Notes: generated by a model not told the origin, from the letters alone. A stretch of DNA of 64,000 nt from Octopus bimaculoides (GCF_001194135.2 NC_069000.1:7515061-7579060), one strand, 5' to 3'; counted from the stretch's first letter, positions 45,567 to 59,423 are shown. Translations and numbers: made by a program.

Positions 45567-48500
45567 TTAGGGTAGCATCTGGGTGTCTTGCTGTACAGGT
45601 TCTGGTTGGCTTTTCTCTGCTTCTATCTTTTTCCGTACATTTGGGTAAGTACACCAGTTCTGAAAATGAATAGGAAAATAATCTCATTAAATATTTTGTT
45701 ACCATATTTTTGTTGAGATACTCTGCGTTTACTTCGAGTGATTGACATTAAATGTAATGAAGAATTTAGTAAAATAACTTAGTTATTTCGTATGTAGGAG
45801 TGTTTGTGATACATAAATCAATACAGTAGTCATCTAAACTTAGTTATTATTAACCCTTTAGCATTTAAACTGGCCTTATCCGGTCCAAATATTCTTGTTT
45901 AATGCTTAAGCAGCCAGATCTGGATTCTCACACCTACCCTACTATGTTATTCTAAAAATAAACAATCCCATCATCAAAATCTCAAGATAATGCATGATTA
46001 ATTTAAAACAATGTGAATTGATAAGCATTACATTTGAGAGAAAAATCTGAACACTAAAAGGGTTAAGCTGGTATTAGGAACAAATTAACACTAAGTTTTG
46101 GTGGGAGATTTGAGGTCAAGTTACAAGATAATAAGTAAGGGTTACATTACAGAACAATCATTTGCTTGTTTGATGGCTCCAGTTAAGAAGTATTTAGGGA
46201 CTCTATCTTGTGAAAATTAGGAACCATGTGATAATTAGGGATCATAAGAAGATAGCATTAATAATTCTGTATTTATTCATGCATAGCAAAAAACCCTTTT
46301 CAGAGTAGACCCCTTATAACCAGGAGTGTATTATACTGGTTTTGTGTATTTTGTGATGGTCAAATATCTATCTATCTATCTATTTACACACACACATCCA
46401 TAGTGTGTTTGTGTTTATATATAAAACAATCTGCAATTACTTTAGGACCAACCAGCTGGACACATTACATACAAATAATATTTTTTTCTGTGATCTATTT
46501 ACTAAAAGCTAGGAGTGTTTGTGATACATAAATCAATACAGTAGTCATCTAATACAGCTGTGGCTGAAGTAAAGACTGTCCTACACTAACAGCCAATGTT
46601 ACAGTGAGCTGACAGTGAACTTACCAGTTTCTGGGACTGTTTCTCCAATAAATTGTATGTCCATTGGTGGAGCTGGCAATGAAACAGAAAGACAGAGGAA
46701 TTCAGATGGATATTGTTGTTTTTCTCAAATGCAACTGACCAACGCTACAGACTCGCTTGTACATTACTGACTAACACTACAGTCTCTTTCAAACACAACT
46801 GACAAACATCAGTCTCTCTTACACAATTGGCCAATGTTAGCCTCATTATGAAACTACAGACCAATCATTCATTTCATCCACATATATTGTCAGTTACTCC
46901 TGCCTGTGTGAAATCTTCCTCTACTCATGTAAGTCAACAATAATTATGTTTCTTTAAGGATGATGATGATAGAGATGATGATGATGGTGATGTCAATGAG
47001 GACAGCTACAATGAAACAAGAAGCAAGGGCATGTTACCTACCCAGAACTGGTTTGGTATCGCTACTCCTTGTACTCTTTGTAACTTTCCATAGTCAGGAC
47101 ATTCAATATTATGTATCTGAAAATATTTAAGAGTAGTAGTAATCAGTGTATTCTACTAGGGTGACAAAAGATCAATATAACAGAGATTGAACAGTAGGGT
47201 CCCCCAGCATGAGAGGGACTAAACAGTAGGGTCTTGCAATATATATGTATAAAACAGGGGCTGAATTTTAGGTTATCTTGACATGACAGTGGCTGTTATA
47301 TGGTTTCAAAATGAGAGGCTGGCAGCAACTGTGAAGTACCTCAAAATGACAAGGGGCTGAAATGTTGGTCTCTGAAGATGATAGGAGTTGAACTCTATGG
47401 TCTGTTAATCATGATAGCAAGGCTGAAGTGTAGGGTCTTTTAACATGATAGAAGCTGTTATAGGGGGTTTTCAACATGAGAGATGCTAAACTAATGAATC
47501 CTTCAGTGTGTCAGGGGGCTAACTTATAGGATTTTGACATGACAGGAAATTTACAGTGAGGTTCGCTCCAGAAGACAGGGACTGAACTGCAGGGTCTCTC
47601 AACATAATATAGACCTTTGGACTGTAGGGTTCTCTCAATAAGAGAAAGTTTGATAAAAATGATAAGAAAGTGAAACATACTGCTGTAAGTGAAAATCTAC
47701 ACAGATGGGCTGTGGAGGATATCATGGGTCCCTGGCTGATATCAATATGATCACCAACACGATACAGGTTTATACTATCTCCGGTACTGGATTGAGATGC
47801 AATGCTGGGAATCTGCTGCAATTTGAATCTGAAAATAAAGTTGTCATTTCTCATATATATTTTACATCAAGGTTTCAATTTCAGCTTTGGCTTTGTTTTC
47901 ATAAATATATATACGGTTGTCATAATTATATTTATAACTCAACACACAAAATACTCAACCCATTAGCATTTAAACTGGCCATATCCGGCCAAAATATTCT
48001 CCTAATTTTATGTTCAAACTGGCCAGATCTGGTCTAAGCAATCATGTCATTGACATCTCAAAGCTACAAGATCATGCATAACTAATTCAAATGGATGTGA
48101 ATAAATAGGCATTACATTTAACAGAATAACCTGAATACTAAATGGTTAATTGTGGTCGTCTTTTTGTTAGCCAGACAGACTGTGAGGCAAGCAAAGTAAG
48201 CTGCCTTGCTCTAAAACACTCCATACACTGAATTCACCACTATGAGACCAATGACACCATTCAACCTCATATTACAAATGTGTATGTGTGTATCTACACG
48301 TACGCATTTGTACACACAAGAGGTTAAGAAATTTACTTCACAACCACATGGTTTTTGGGTTCAGTCTCAATGTGTGACACCTTGAACAAGTGACTTCTAC
48401 TATAGCACCAGGGTGACTAGTGCGTTGGTAGATAAAAACCAACAGAATAACTCCCATCCAGACACAACACAACTTCTGGACAACACAGATGTTATCCATA

Positions 48501-51500
48501 CATCATACAACAGCCACACACACAAGGTATAGATAGACAAGTATGTACTACTAAATAGAAGTAAATAAAGCTATGAACCTGTTGTGTTGGAACATTTCTC
48601 TTGCTGTCTGTTCGTTGACTGTTAGAGGTTCAAACCTGTAATCCTGGTACTGGAGCTTAGAACCAATAGAGCTGAGGGCGTATAATTCTCTCTGCAGATA
48701 AATAAAAGATCTGTACTGTAGTGGTGGTGGTGTTAATGGTGTTAGTGGTGAGGGTGTCAGTGGTGTAGTATGGTTGGTAGTGTACATCAAGTTATCACAA
48801 CATAAGATTTTACATTAATATTTATGCAAATCAGTTTACCAAATCCCTTGTCAACATCGACAACAGTAAGAACAAGATCTTACTTACCCACAACATATTT
48901 AAGACTTTATAATATCATGGCTATGACATATGTAGACATCCTAGACTGTACCTTAGCTTACCCATGATGATGATCATCATCGTCATCATTTAGCATCAGC
49001 TTTTTATGCTGGCATGGGTTAGACTGAAACTGGTAAGCTGGAGAGCTGTACCAGGTTCCAACCTGATTTGGCAGGGTTTCTATGGCTGGACACCCTTCTT
49101 AATGCCAACCATTCCAAGAGTGTAATGGGTGCGATTCACATGACACCGGCATTGGCCCTGACTATGATTTCACTTACATACTTAAGACAACAGAGCTATA
49201 ACATACATAGACGTCTTAGATTATGACCCTGCTATGGGTGCTTTCATGTGCCACCAGCACCTATTACTTGATATTAATTTCTTTTACAGTTCTGTACACT
49301 GCACCATGCCACAGCTACCCCCTGTTTCTGTGAGCTACTCCTTACCACAGGTACTCACTAAATCTTCGATGTAGACACCTAATCTGTTAGAAATAGCAAC
49401 TAAATTCTGTTGGCTCAAATGCTAACATTTCAAATAAACAGGGATACACTGGTTAATGTAGTTCTACATTGAAATCCTTAGAGAAAAAAAGACGTGATGG
49501 TCATGACTGGGTTGTCATTGATTATAAATCAGCTGATTGAGTTGATCTATACACAATACCTATTTCTTTAAACAAATATATGCCTATGTATGTATGTATG
49601 TATATATAAATGTATGCCAGTAAAAATACACATATACACACACACAAAGCATATACAGATGCATGTGAATATATTTGTGTGTGTGTGTGTAAAAGACAGA
49701 GATGATGTAGGAGACATACCAAAGTTGGCTTCCAGTTCGGTAAATTCAGGTCAGCATCATATACAAAACTGCCACTTTTTACTGCAGACAAAGAACAATG
49801 TTGTTAATTACAGCAACGAGGTGGAAGATGTTGGAAGTGGGAGAAGAAGAAGAGCAAATATGAAGTATTGATTAAAATATATACACATATAATGTGTTTG
49901 TGTGAGTGCATGTATACATATATATAAAATTATATTTGGAGAGACAGACAGTCGCATATATTTATGTACACACACATCGAGAGAGAGAGATATGCGTGTA
50001 TGTGTTTATGCATGTACATGCATGTATATAAACATGCATACATACAAATATGCATATGCATATATTATATGTATGACATGCATTGTTGAGAATAATGTAT
50101 GACCACTCAGTCAAAATGTAAAACAAATATGTTGTTAGTCAATAACCAGCACACAAAGAATTTGTTTGAAATGTAAAAAGTCTATGCAGAGTCTACCCCA
50201 CTTTCTCTCGTTAATTGTGTAACCTGAACTGGTACACCATGTACCACATGCCAGACACATAAAAGAGACACATGGCAAGAAAGGTAGGGGACGTAAAACC
50301 CAAATAAGTCATTGCTGATTCCACCTATTGTTGCACTCCGCACTTATGAGGGGGTGCTGAAAAGTTCCTGGCTTTAAAGAGGCCCACATACCTACACACA
50401 CACATGCATACATATTTACAGACAACCATATATCCATACACACACATGCATATATACATACAGAGACATATTCATAACACATTCAGTGTTGATGTAAATA
50501 AATATTTGACTTCGGGTATGAAGGAAGAACAAAAGGTTAACAACTCGAATTGCGTAAAAAGCCCCATGATGGGGTTATTCAATCTACAAAGGATTTAGGG
50601 CCAGAGTAAAATTGACAACTATGGTAATAACTTGCCTTTTGAAGGCTTTACTGACCACAGGCAGGTTAAAAGTGAAGGTTGGTATTTAAAGTTGACACTC
50701 ACCATTAGGGGATGGGAAGCGACACAGCTCCACATGGTAGTCATCTTTAAATGCTGACATTAAAACGTAACCCAGTATAAAAGAGCAGGACCTCCAAAAT
50801 GCCTGAAAATATATAAATTACATTTGATAACTGTGGCTGATATCAGGAACACACACATATTATATAAACACACAAACACACTGTATAAACACATGCATAC
50901 AGATGAAAAAACATGAACACATGCACAACCCTGGAATCAAGGAGGGAGCCATTATATAGCCATTTGACCTGCTAGAAATTTCAACCAAATCTACCTCAAT
51001 TCCACTGAACCTTATTAAAAACAAAGGAAGGAAATATTAGATAATGTAATCCTAGATACAGTTTTTCTGAATAATAGATGGGATGGACACATCTGGAATG
51101 TCTTTGATCATAGAAATGGTGGACCAAAGCTGAGTTGAAGTGTAGAACAACAACAACAACAATATATTGAAGTACTTACTCTGTTGACTTCTTGACAGTC
51201 ATCCTCTTTGAAATGAAGGAAGCTGAGTTGACAGTCTTCAACAAGAGGTCGATGCATGTCCCATATCTGACCATTAACACATGCCACTACTGACCGCTTC
51301 ATTAACAACTCTGCTATGTCTGTAGGCAGAACATAAAACAAATTTAGAAGAAAAGCTTAATATATGTATACATATGTATGTAAATATATATATATATATA
51401 TATATGGAAAAAAAGTCAAGGTAAAAAATGCTAAAATAATTTTATCAAAAACATTTCAGTTTCGGTTTCAGTCATTGAGACATTTTCAACCTTAAGAATG

Positions 51501-54500
51501 GAAAACAATTAAATTTTGGAAAAATTAAATGAAAAATTTTTTAAAAGAATATTTGCATAGTATTTAAATACAAGGGGCATTTTCCTTGTTTCTGCCTGTC
51601 TCTGTCTCTCTTGTTTACTCTTGTAACCCACAAGAGTAAACAAGAGAGAGACAAGGAAAATGCCCCTTGTATTTGAATACTATGTAAATATTCTTTTAAA
51701 AAACTATCCTTGGATAGTTGCCAGTTACTTGTGTGTAACATTCTCAAAAGCTGTGTGTTCAATCTAAATACTCAAGGACACACTAGCAGTAGATTTGGAC
51801 ACATAACCTTTATCCATCTGTCTGACCTTTGACATGATAGAAGGTCAACAGTGAAACCTAGAGGTCATTGTTAAAATCTACCTACATAGAAGGGATGTAG
51901 GACTTCTTGATGGGGGAAGTTAGAAAGAAAGACTACTTACGCATGGCACAATTAAAGGGTGTTGACAAACCCTTGTTCATGATTAGAGTACAATCCTCAG
52001 GAGCACCCACATGTTCCACTCGGATCTTCTCAATCCTTTTGAAAAAGGACAGCTGCCGTTTCTTCTCCTCATCAAACAATTCATTTTGTCTCTTCCGGAT
52101 CTCAGCTGGGTTCTTCTTTTGGGAGCAGTAGGTCTGATAACCTGAAATATGACATATTTAGGGATCTCAGAACTGGAATGACACAAGGAACAGGACTGGT
52201 ATTGTAGTATTAAACAGGGGGTGGGGTGGCAGTGTATCATAATGTGAGTGGGGATGGGGAATATACAGTGTAGGTGGGATGGGTCTTATGTAGCACTGCA
52301 GCCTTCACCACTTCAAACTAAGTCTTCCTTGGTTTTCCTCATCAGTGAGTTCCACTAACTTGGAGTGTTCAGTACTTTCTCATGCAACAGTTATCCTCCA
52401 TGCACATCAGATGCCCATTTCAATGTAGCATTCTCTCTTCTACACCTGATTCCTCACACATACAGTTTTTCTCTCAACTCATTTGTACTCTGGTATTCAG
52501 GTGCACTAACATTACACACGCATGGCTGTGTAACAAGAAGTTTGCTACCCAAGCACATGGTTCCAGGTTCAGTCCCACTGCATGGCTTCGGCAAGTGTCT
52601 TCCACTAAAGAGATACATTAAGGTAAAAAAAAACAAAAAAAAAACACTGGGGTCAATTTGTTGACTAAAACCTCTTCAAGGCAGTGCCCCAGTATGGTCA
52701 GAGTCTAATCATTGAAACAAGTAATAAGTAAAAGGTATCCATCGAAGTATGCCGCTTTCATTTCTTTATAGCTTTTGCAATCAAGGCTTTTGTCTCATTA
52801 CCATGCATTATTGCAGTTGTGTCTACTGTCTGCTCTTCACTCTGAGGAAGAAGGCATTTGTAGCCAAATGAGGTAATATTGATGATTAAATTTCAATTAA
52901 ATATAACATTTGATCACTTGTTTTCTTTATTCAAAATTCGGACAGAACTTATGGAATGACCTGATATATATGAGTATATGTGTGTATAAAACAGACACAG
53001 ACACACACAATAGGCTTCTGAACAGTTTCTGTCTAGCATTTTCACTAACAAGGCATGGGTCAGTTTGAAGCTATAATAAAAGACATTTGTCCGGGGTGCC
53101 ACACAGTGGAATAGAACCTGAGACCACAAGGACCTGAAGTGAATTTCATAACCACACAGCTACGTATGCACCTATATTATAATTAATTACTCATAGTTTC
53201 CTTTTATTGAATGAGCTAGAAAACACCCATATTAATATTGATGGATGGTTGGGAAAGGAACTATTCAAATACTCCCACACTATTTATCCACCTTTATGTT
53301 TGCTAATGTTTGGAATGTACAGATATTCACTGGTAACATGTCAAAATCTTCACAAAAAGAAGTGGTTATCATTTTAGTTGTATGAATTACAAATCGGATA
53401 ACGGGATACATTCCTGAAGTCTTTATTCAACAGTTAAAGGAATTCTTGAGTTCTTGCAGCTCCCTTCTTCACAACATTACAAGCGGGTACTGAAAAGTTC
53501 CTGGTTTTGGGTAAAAGAAAATACAGGAGGATCAGTTAATTATGATTTTATTCAACATAATCCCCTCTCAGATTCACACACTTATTGCGGTGGTCCTTCA
53601 GTTTTTCTAAGCCCTGTAAAAGAACTCGGGAAGTTGGACCATCAATCAAGCCTTTTGGGATACGCTTAAAGTCAGGAACTTTTCAGCACCCCCTTGAATA
53701 GTCAGTATTTCCATGGCAAATACTAACACTTATTGAGCTTGTTAGGTGCTATCTGATGGTCCATCTGCATGCAAGAGTTCCATGGGGACTTTACAAAGGA
53801 CCCCAATACTTATTATTATTATCAATATTATTGTTATAAAGGCAGCAAGCTGACAGAATTGTTAGCATGCCGGGCAAAATGTTTAGTGATATTTTGTCTG
53901 TCTTTATGTTCTGAGTTCAAATTCTGCCGAGGTCAACTTTGCTTTTCATCCTTTTGGGGTTGATAAAATAAGTATCAGTTGAACACTGGTGTCGACGTAA
54001 TCGATTTAGCCCCATTCCCCCTAAATTGCTGGCCTTGTGCCAATATTTGAAACCATTATTATTGTTATTGAGATGAAATGTCAAGGCAAACATTATATCC
54101 GATCCCTTTAATGATATAATAGTTCCTTCAGTTGTTGTTTAGTCTCGGGTCCAAACCTTGATCTAGCCGACCTATGATCAAATGACATGCCAGCCACGAC
54201 TATCCTATCTTTTTTCCAGGCATTATGCATCTAGATCACATAATTCGATGTGTTCTTCCTCTTTTTTTTAAAGATGGTAGAGATGCTAGAAAGCGTAGCC
54301 AGATCTTTCAGAGAGATTTCGCTGCTATTTTTAACAAGTTAAATGATAATTTAGAACAGACACAGGCAACCTTTTTCGAGAAGGCTCATCATCCGTTCAA
54401 AGTAATTCTTTGTTCGGTTTGTTATTTAGAAAGTCCCACGGGCCGCAGTTTGACCTTTTCTAAATCTGAGGATGCCCCATTGAACAATGAGGGGAGGGAG

Positions 54501-54922
54501 CTGTGCCGTCCAGTGCATCCCTTTAGCGATAGGAATGGATAGAAGCGGGACAGGAGAATCTGCGATAGGGTTTCGATTTTCAGCAGTGTTTCTGACTTGC
54601 ATTTATTTACATCACTATACTCAGTGAAAGAGGCATTAACACTTCATAGTCAAAGTACTCCGTCCTCTTCATTCGCTTATAAATAAGAATAACCATAAAT
54701 AATCTTTGTTGTTACCACACTGTCTTAAATGAACAACGTTCTGTCGAAAGACAACGAACACAACAAGCTATCAAATCCCCCTTGCTAACAGACCAATCAT
54801 TACTAAAATAATAATTATTATTGTAACTACAATATTCAATCAATATATATATACTCACGAGAGAAACTGCTCCATGCAGAGAGCCATCGTAGAGGTCGTC
54901 TGTTAACACACAGAGCAGCCAT
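45567..54922 (-). CDS. MRPL39: Mitochondrial large ribosomal subunit protein mL39, 347 aa
   Basis: Exons: 54859-54922, 51941-52141, 51180-51319, 50703-50802, 49720-49781, 48579-48691, 47681-47828, 47042-47116, 46625-46672, 45567-45659 (1044 nt, in phase). Transit-peptide-like MAALCVNRRPLRWLSAW, MNKGLSTPFNCAMH, TGS-like VNGQIWDMHRPL, AFWRSCSFILG, and LYRVGDHIDISQGPMI. No synthetase catalytic domain. Confidence 0.95.
45854..46062. mobile_element. piggyBac-type MITE in the MRPL39 last intron
   Basis: TTAA-CCC...GGG-TTAA. Confidence 0.8.
53478..53700. mobile_element. mariner-type MITE, about 220 bp
   Basis: Inverted termini GGGTACTGAAAAGTTCCTG and CAGGAACTTTTCAGCACCC; a solo TIR lies at 50345-50375. 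Confidence 0.8.
53840..54055 (+). mobile_element. Family B SINE, near full length
   Basis: Matches the other family B copies along its length. Confidence 0.8.
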
Positions 54923-54929
54923 TGAACAC

Positions 54930-55531
54930 ATGTAAGTGTAGCATGCCACTTACCGATGTCACCTAACTAACCGTTCCTTCTAATAAAAAGGCCGCTCTTA
55001 GTATTCTTAATATTCTTAATATTCTACATTCTTACTCAGGTATTGCTTTAATGTTTATTCGAAGACTTGAGTTTTGCACCTACCTCTAAAGCATTATCAG
55101 AGAATATTTGAGAAAAAAAGAAAACATGTTCCATGTAACTTCGGAATCACGCATAAACATATTGGTCAAACTAAAGGGTTTAACCCGAGCAAAAAAAAAA
55201 GAAAAAAGAAAAAAAATAGTGTAATAGGTGTAAAACAACTTGCTCTAAACGAATATGAAAAAAAAAAAAATGCGCGCTCGCGAACGGGGGTGGGTGGTGG
55301 AGGAGAGGACACGGAACATTCACATCGTCAGACCTTGACCTTTAAACTCCAGTGTTTGACCCGAGCAAAAAAAAAAAAAAGTGTAATAGGTGTACAACAA
55401 AGTGTAGTAAACGAATATGAAGAAAAATGCGCGCTGGGGGTGTATATGCATACACACACACATGTCTGAGTGATTTGCATGCAATGTACATATATAGAGA
55501 GTGGGCTAGAAATAATTATATATAAATAAAT

Positions 55532-55563
<32 letters not shown>

Positions 55564-55650
55564 TGTGGTATGACGTCAGCAACTCGGGAGCTGACCGCTG
55601 ACCGGAAGAGGAAGAGGGGCAGAGGGACCCTCGATTGGGATTTCGTGCCT
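54930..55650. promoter_or_regulatory. MRPL39 upstream region, probable bidirectional promoter
   Basis: CpG-enriched relative to the window; CRE TGACGTCA at 55571-55578; ETS-type ACCGGAAG at 55601-55608; duplicated unit of about 90-100 bp. Confidence 0.5.
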
Positions 55651-56046
55651 TTNNNNNNNNNNNNNNNNNNNNNNNNNNNNNNNNNNNNNNNNNNNNNNNN
55701 NNNNNNNNNNNNNNNNNNNNNNNNNNNNNNNNNNNNNNNNNNNNNNNNNNNNNNNNNNNNNNNNNNNNNNNNNNNNNNNNNNNNNNNNNNNNNNNNNNNN
55801 NNNNNNNNNNNNNNNNNNNNNNNNNNNNNNNNNNNNNNNNNNNNNNNNNNNNNNNNNNNNNNNNNNNNNNNNNNNNNNNNNNNNNNNNNNNNNNNNNNNN
55901 NNNNNNNNNNNNNNNNNNNNNNNNNNNNNNNNNNNNNNNNNNNNNNNNNNNNNNNNNNNNNNNNNNNNNNNNNNNNNNNNNNNNNNNNNNNNNNNNNNNN
56001 NNNNNNNNNNNNNNNNNNNNNNNNNNNNNNNNNNNNNNNNNNNNNN

Positions 56047-56190
56047 ATCCTCTTCCTCCCCCTCCTCGGAACTTTCCAGGAATGAAGTAATACCCTCACC
56101 TTCCTTGGAACTTTCCAGAAAGTAATTAATCCCCCTCGTCCCCTTCCTCGGAATTTTCCAGGAAGTAATTAAATCCCTCCCCTTCCTCCC
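56047..56190 (+). repeat. About 45-55-bp tandem repeat with GGAA(C/T)TTTCC cores, probably extending into the gap
   Basis: Three units visible after the gap. Confidence 0.75.
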
Positions 56191-56712
56191 CAAATAAAAA
56201 TAGGAAATACACTACATAACAACAAGTAAAGAAACTGATCAGCCAAAACCTACTTATATTCTTTTGTGAACCTCTAAAAAATTGCATTACAAAAAATGTT
56301 GACGCACCTGACTATTAAAGTCTTTAAGATTGGATTTTGTACCTTTGACCATTACAGTATCAAAGAAGCAAAGGATTAAATCTAATCAAACCAAGACTAA
56401 ACTCCTAACATCCTGTGCCCACCTAACAAAGGGACACACCTGAACATACTCATTTACAAAGCTCTACATACGTGAATAAATTCTAAACAATAGGTGCAGG
56501 TGTGACTGTGTAGTAAGAAGCTTCCCAACCAAAGGGTTCCGGGTTCAGTCCCACTGCGTGGCACCTTCGGCAACTGTCTTCTACTATAGCGTCAAGTTGA
56601 CCAAAGCCTTGTAAGCGGATTTGGTAGATGGAAATTGAAAGAAGTCCATTATATATATGTTAATGTATATGTTTGTGTGTCTGTGTTTGTCCCACCACCA
56701 TTGCTTGACAAC

Positions 56713-57430
56713 AAAAGAGGTCAAATTATTGGTGCTCGTATGGCAAGTGCTAGCGTAATGAAAACAGCCAAAATGCTTGGTGTATCAAGAAGTACTGTCT
56801 CGAAAGTAATAACAGCCTTTGAGAAAGAAGGAAAAACCTCCTCATCGAAACGAAACTCCAGAAGAAAACCAAAACTTTCAGATAGGGACCATTGGACTCT
56901 TATGTGAAACGATCACAAAAAAACAACTCCCAAAATTCCTGCAGAGCTTAATGACCACCTCAAGAACCCAGTTTTCACAAAAACTGTTCGCTGGGAGCTG
57001 CACAAAGCCAGATTTCACAGGAGGGCTGCAATCAGAAAATCACTACTTTCAAAAACAAACATTGCAAAACGTTTTACTTCATGGCAGAATTAATAGTGAA
57101 GACTATTTAAGCATTTTATCTGATCAAATTCATCCTATGGTTGCGGAACTGTTTCAGTATTATTGAACATTCTCGAAATTATTGAACATTTATGGTGCAT
57201 TTTAGAAAAACAAATAAGGAGTTGATATCCTCCACCGTCATCACTACAAGAACTGGAGACTGTTTTAGCTGAAGAATGGACAAAAATTCTTTTGGAAACA
57301 ATTCAAACTTTGTATGAGTTCATACCTTGTAGAATTCATGTTGTAATTACTGCCAAAGGTGGTCTTACCCCATATTAAAATAAATTTGTTTGAAATTTTA
57401 AGGTGTTTCCTTTATTTTGTCCAACCCCTG
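56713..57430 (+). mobile_element. Internally deleted Tc1-like copy with 3' TIR
   Basis: HTH-coding region, deletions across the DDE segments, and TIR AGGTGTTTCCTTTATTTTGTCCAACCCCTG. Confidence 0.88.
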
Positions 57431-57438
57431 AATATGTA

Positions 57439-57469
<31 letters not shown>

Positions 57470-58479
57470 TTCCTTGTTTGATAGTTTAAGCATGTGTCAC
57501 CATCATTGAAATGGGATTGCTTGTTTTGAATATTCTGTGTAAACACATTCACATGTTCAGCCATGGGCCATGGGGAAACTTTACTTTGCTTGGAAATATG
57601 TAGGTATATATGTGTTTATAAATATGTGTGTGTGTGTATATATATATACATATACATACATATATGTATGTATAGACACATACACACACACTCACGCACA
57701 AACACATATTGTAAGTTACCATATGAGACTGAAAAGAGAAAATGTTATCGTTTATGTCTTACATTGTATATTACAACACAGACAGCCATAAAATAACTTT
57801 ACTCAGTGAGAATAAAAAAGAAAGATACATTCCATATTGATAGAAAATCTGAGAAGAGAGACCCATTTACCTTTGAATATAAAACCTTTACAGACAAACA
57901 ACTGACAAGATTATATTGCATTCTTTTTGTCTCCTTTCTATTCTTTTCTTGTTTATTATTTTCATGTGGTCCATCATGCTTCTATAATAGCAGCCCTCCC
58001 TTTTTCATTGACTAACTGTTTCTCTATTGTCCTTTTTGACACAGAAACTTATATATATGGGAATAAGGGCAGCATTTTCTTTATACTTGGAAACCACCCA
58101 TTTTTTTCAAAGAAAGGAGTGAATGCTGTAGTTTCAGGATGTTTCACCATTCCTCCTCCTCCTCCTCCTCCTCCTCCTCATCATCATCATCATCGTCATC
58201 ACCATTTAACATTTCATGTTCCATGCTAGCATGGGTGGAATGGTACCCCAAGTGCTGGCCAGGCCGAAGCCTGCACCAGACTTATGCTTTTTTTTAATAA
58301 TCTTTTCTTTTACTTGTGTCAGTCAATAGACTGCAGCCATGCTGGGGCACTGACTTGAAGAATTTTTTTTTAGTTGAATGAATCAACCCCAGTACTGATA
58401 TTTTTTTTTTTTATAAACATGGTATTATTCCATTGATCTCTTTTATTGAACCACTATAGTAGAATAATAATAATTATTA

Positions 58480-58526
<47 letters not shown>

Positions 58527-58734
58527 TACAAATGCCATTGTTTTCGTTACAATCATTGTGGTTTTTGGATATGTCACGTTGTGTAGTGGCAACATTACAA
58601 CAGTTAACAATAGTAACATTACAGCCTGAAAAACTTCAGGTCTTTCCTATTGACTTCCTCTGCCTGCCTTGTTTTTATCACTCCTTTAATTTGCATACAG
58701 ATAACACTTTTACACCACACACAATCATGCACGT

Positions 58735-58779
<45 letters not shown>

Positions 58780-59382
58780 TATGCACACACACGCACATCT
58801 ACACCACACAAGCGTAAATACATTGCCACTTGGCATGGTCATTCGATATCCTCAAAAAGGCAAATAGGAAACCCTCAAATCACACCCTTTCATCTTAGAA
58901 CAGGACATGTCTGATAATGTATCTTTGAAGAAAAGTAAGTGTGAAGGGGCTGATAGAAAGAATGAAAGAATAACAGAGTCATACAAAATTTATATATACA
59001 ATTATAAATAAGGGCAAAAGAAAAAATTTCTATGCCAATATGCTATTTATATATATATAGATATATATATATATAGATAGATAGATACACACACACATAT
59101 ATATATGATGTTTTAGTCTTGTCAGGGACTAAATAACTGCTTTAGTGGTGTGCATGATAAAATACATTCAGTAAAGAAAGATTTGGCATAAAAAATGGCA
59201 TCCAGACCTTAAAGCCCTGCTCTAAAAAGAAGTACCCAAGAGACTTGAGACCTGTCACGTCTACCAAGAGCAGTAACTCCAAATAAGATCTGTATTGGAT
59301 GATGATGATGCAATAAATTTACGCCAGCATGTGGATGTAAAATGATGTTGATGATGATGTATATGTATGTATATCTATATTC

Positions 59383-59423
<41 letters not shown>

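Noticed and set aside
54225-54542. 105-aa plus-strand ORF and GGATGC/GCATCC stem in MRPL39 intron 1
   Set aside because: No recognisable protein or RNA family motif; explained by promoter-proximal GC enrichment and repeat fragments.
54716-54803. Extra MRPL39 exon with AG/GT boundaries
   Set aside because: The good acceptor gives an in-frame stop after exon 1, and exon 1 joins exon 52141 in phase without it.
45567-54922. Threonyl-tRNA synthetase
   Set aside because: Only the TGS/SAD-like N-terminal domains are present; length and transit peptide fit MRPL39.
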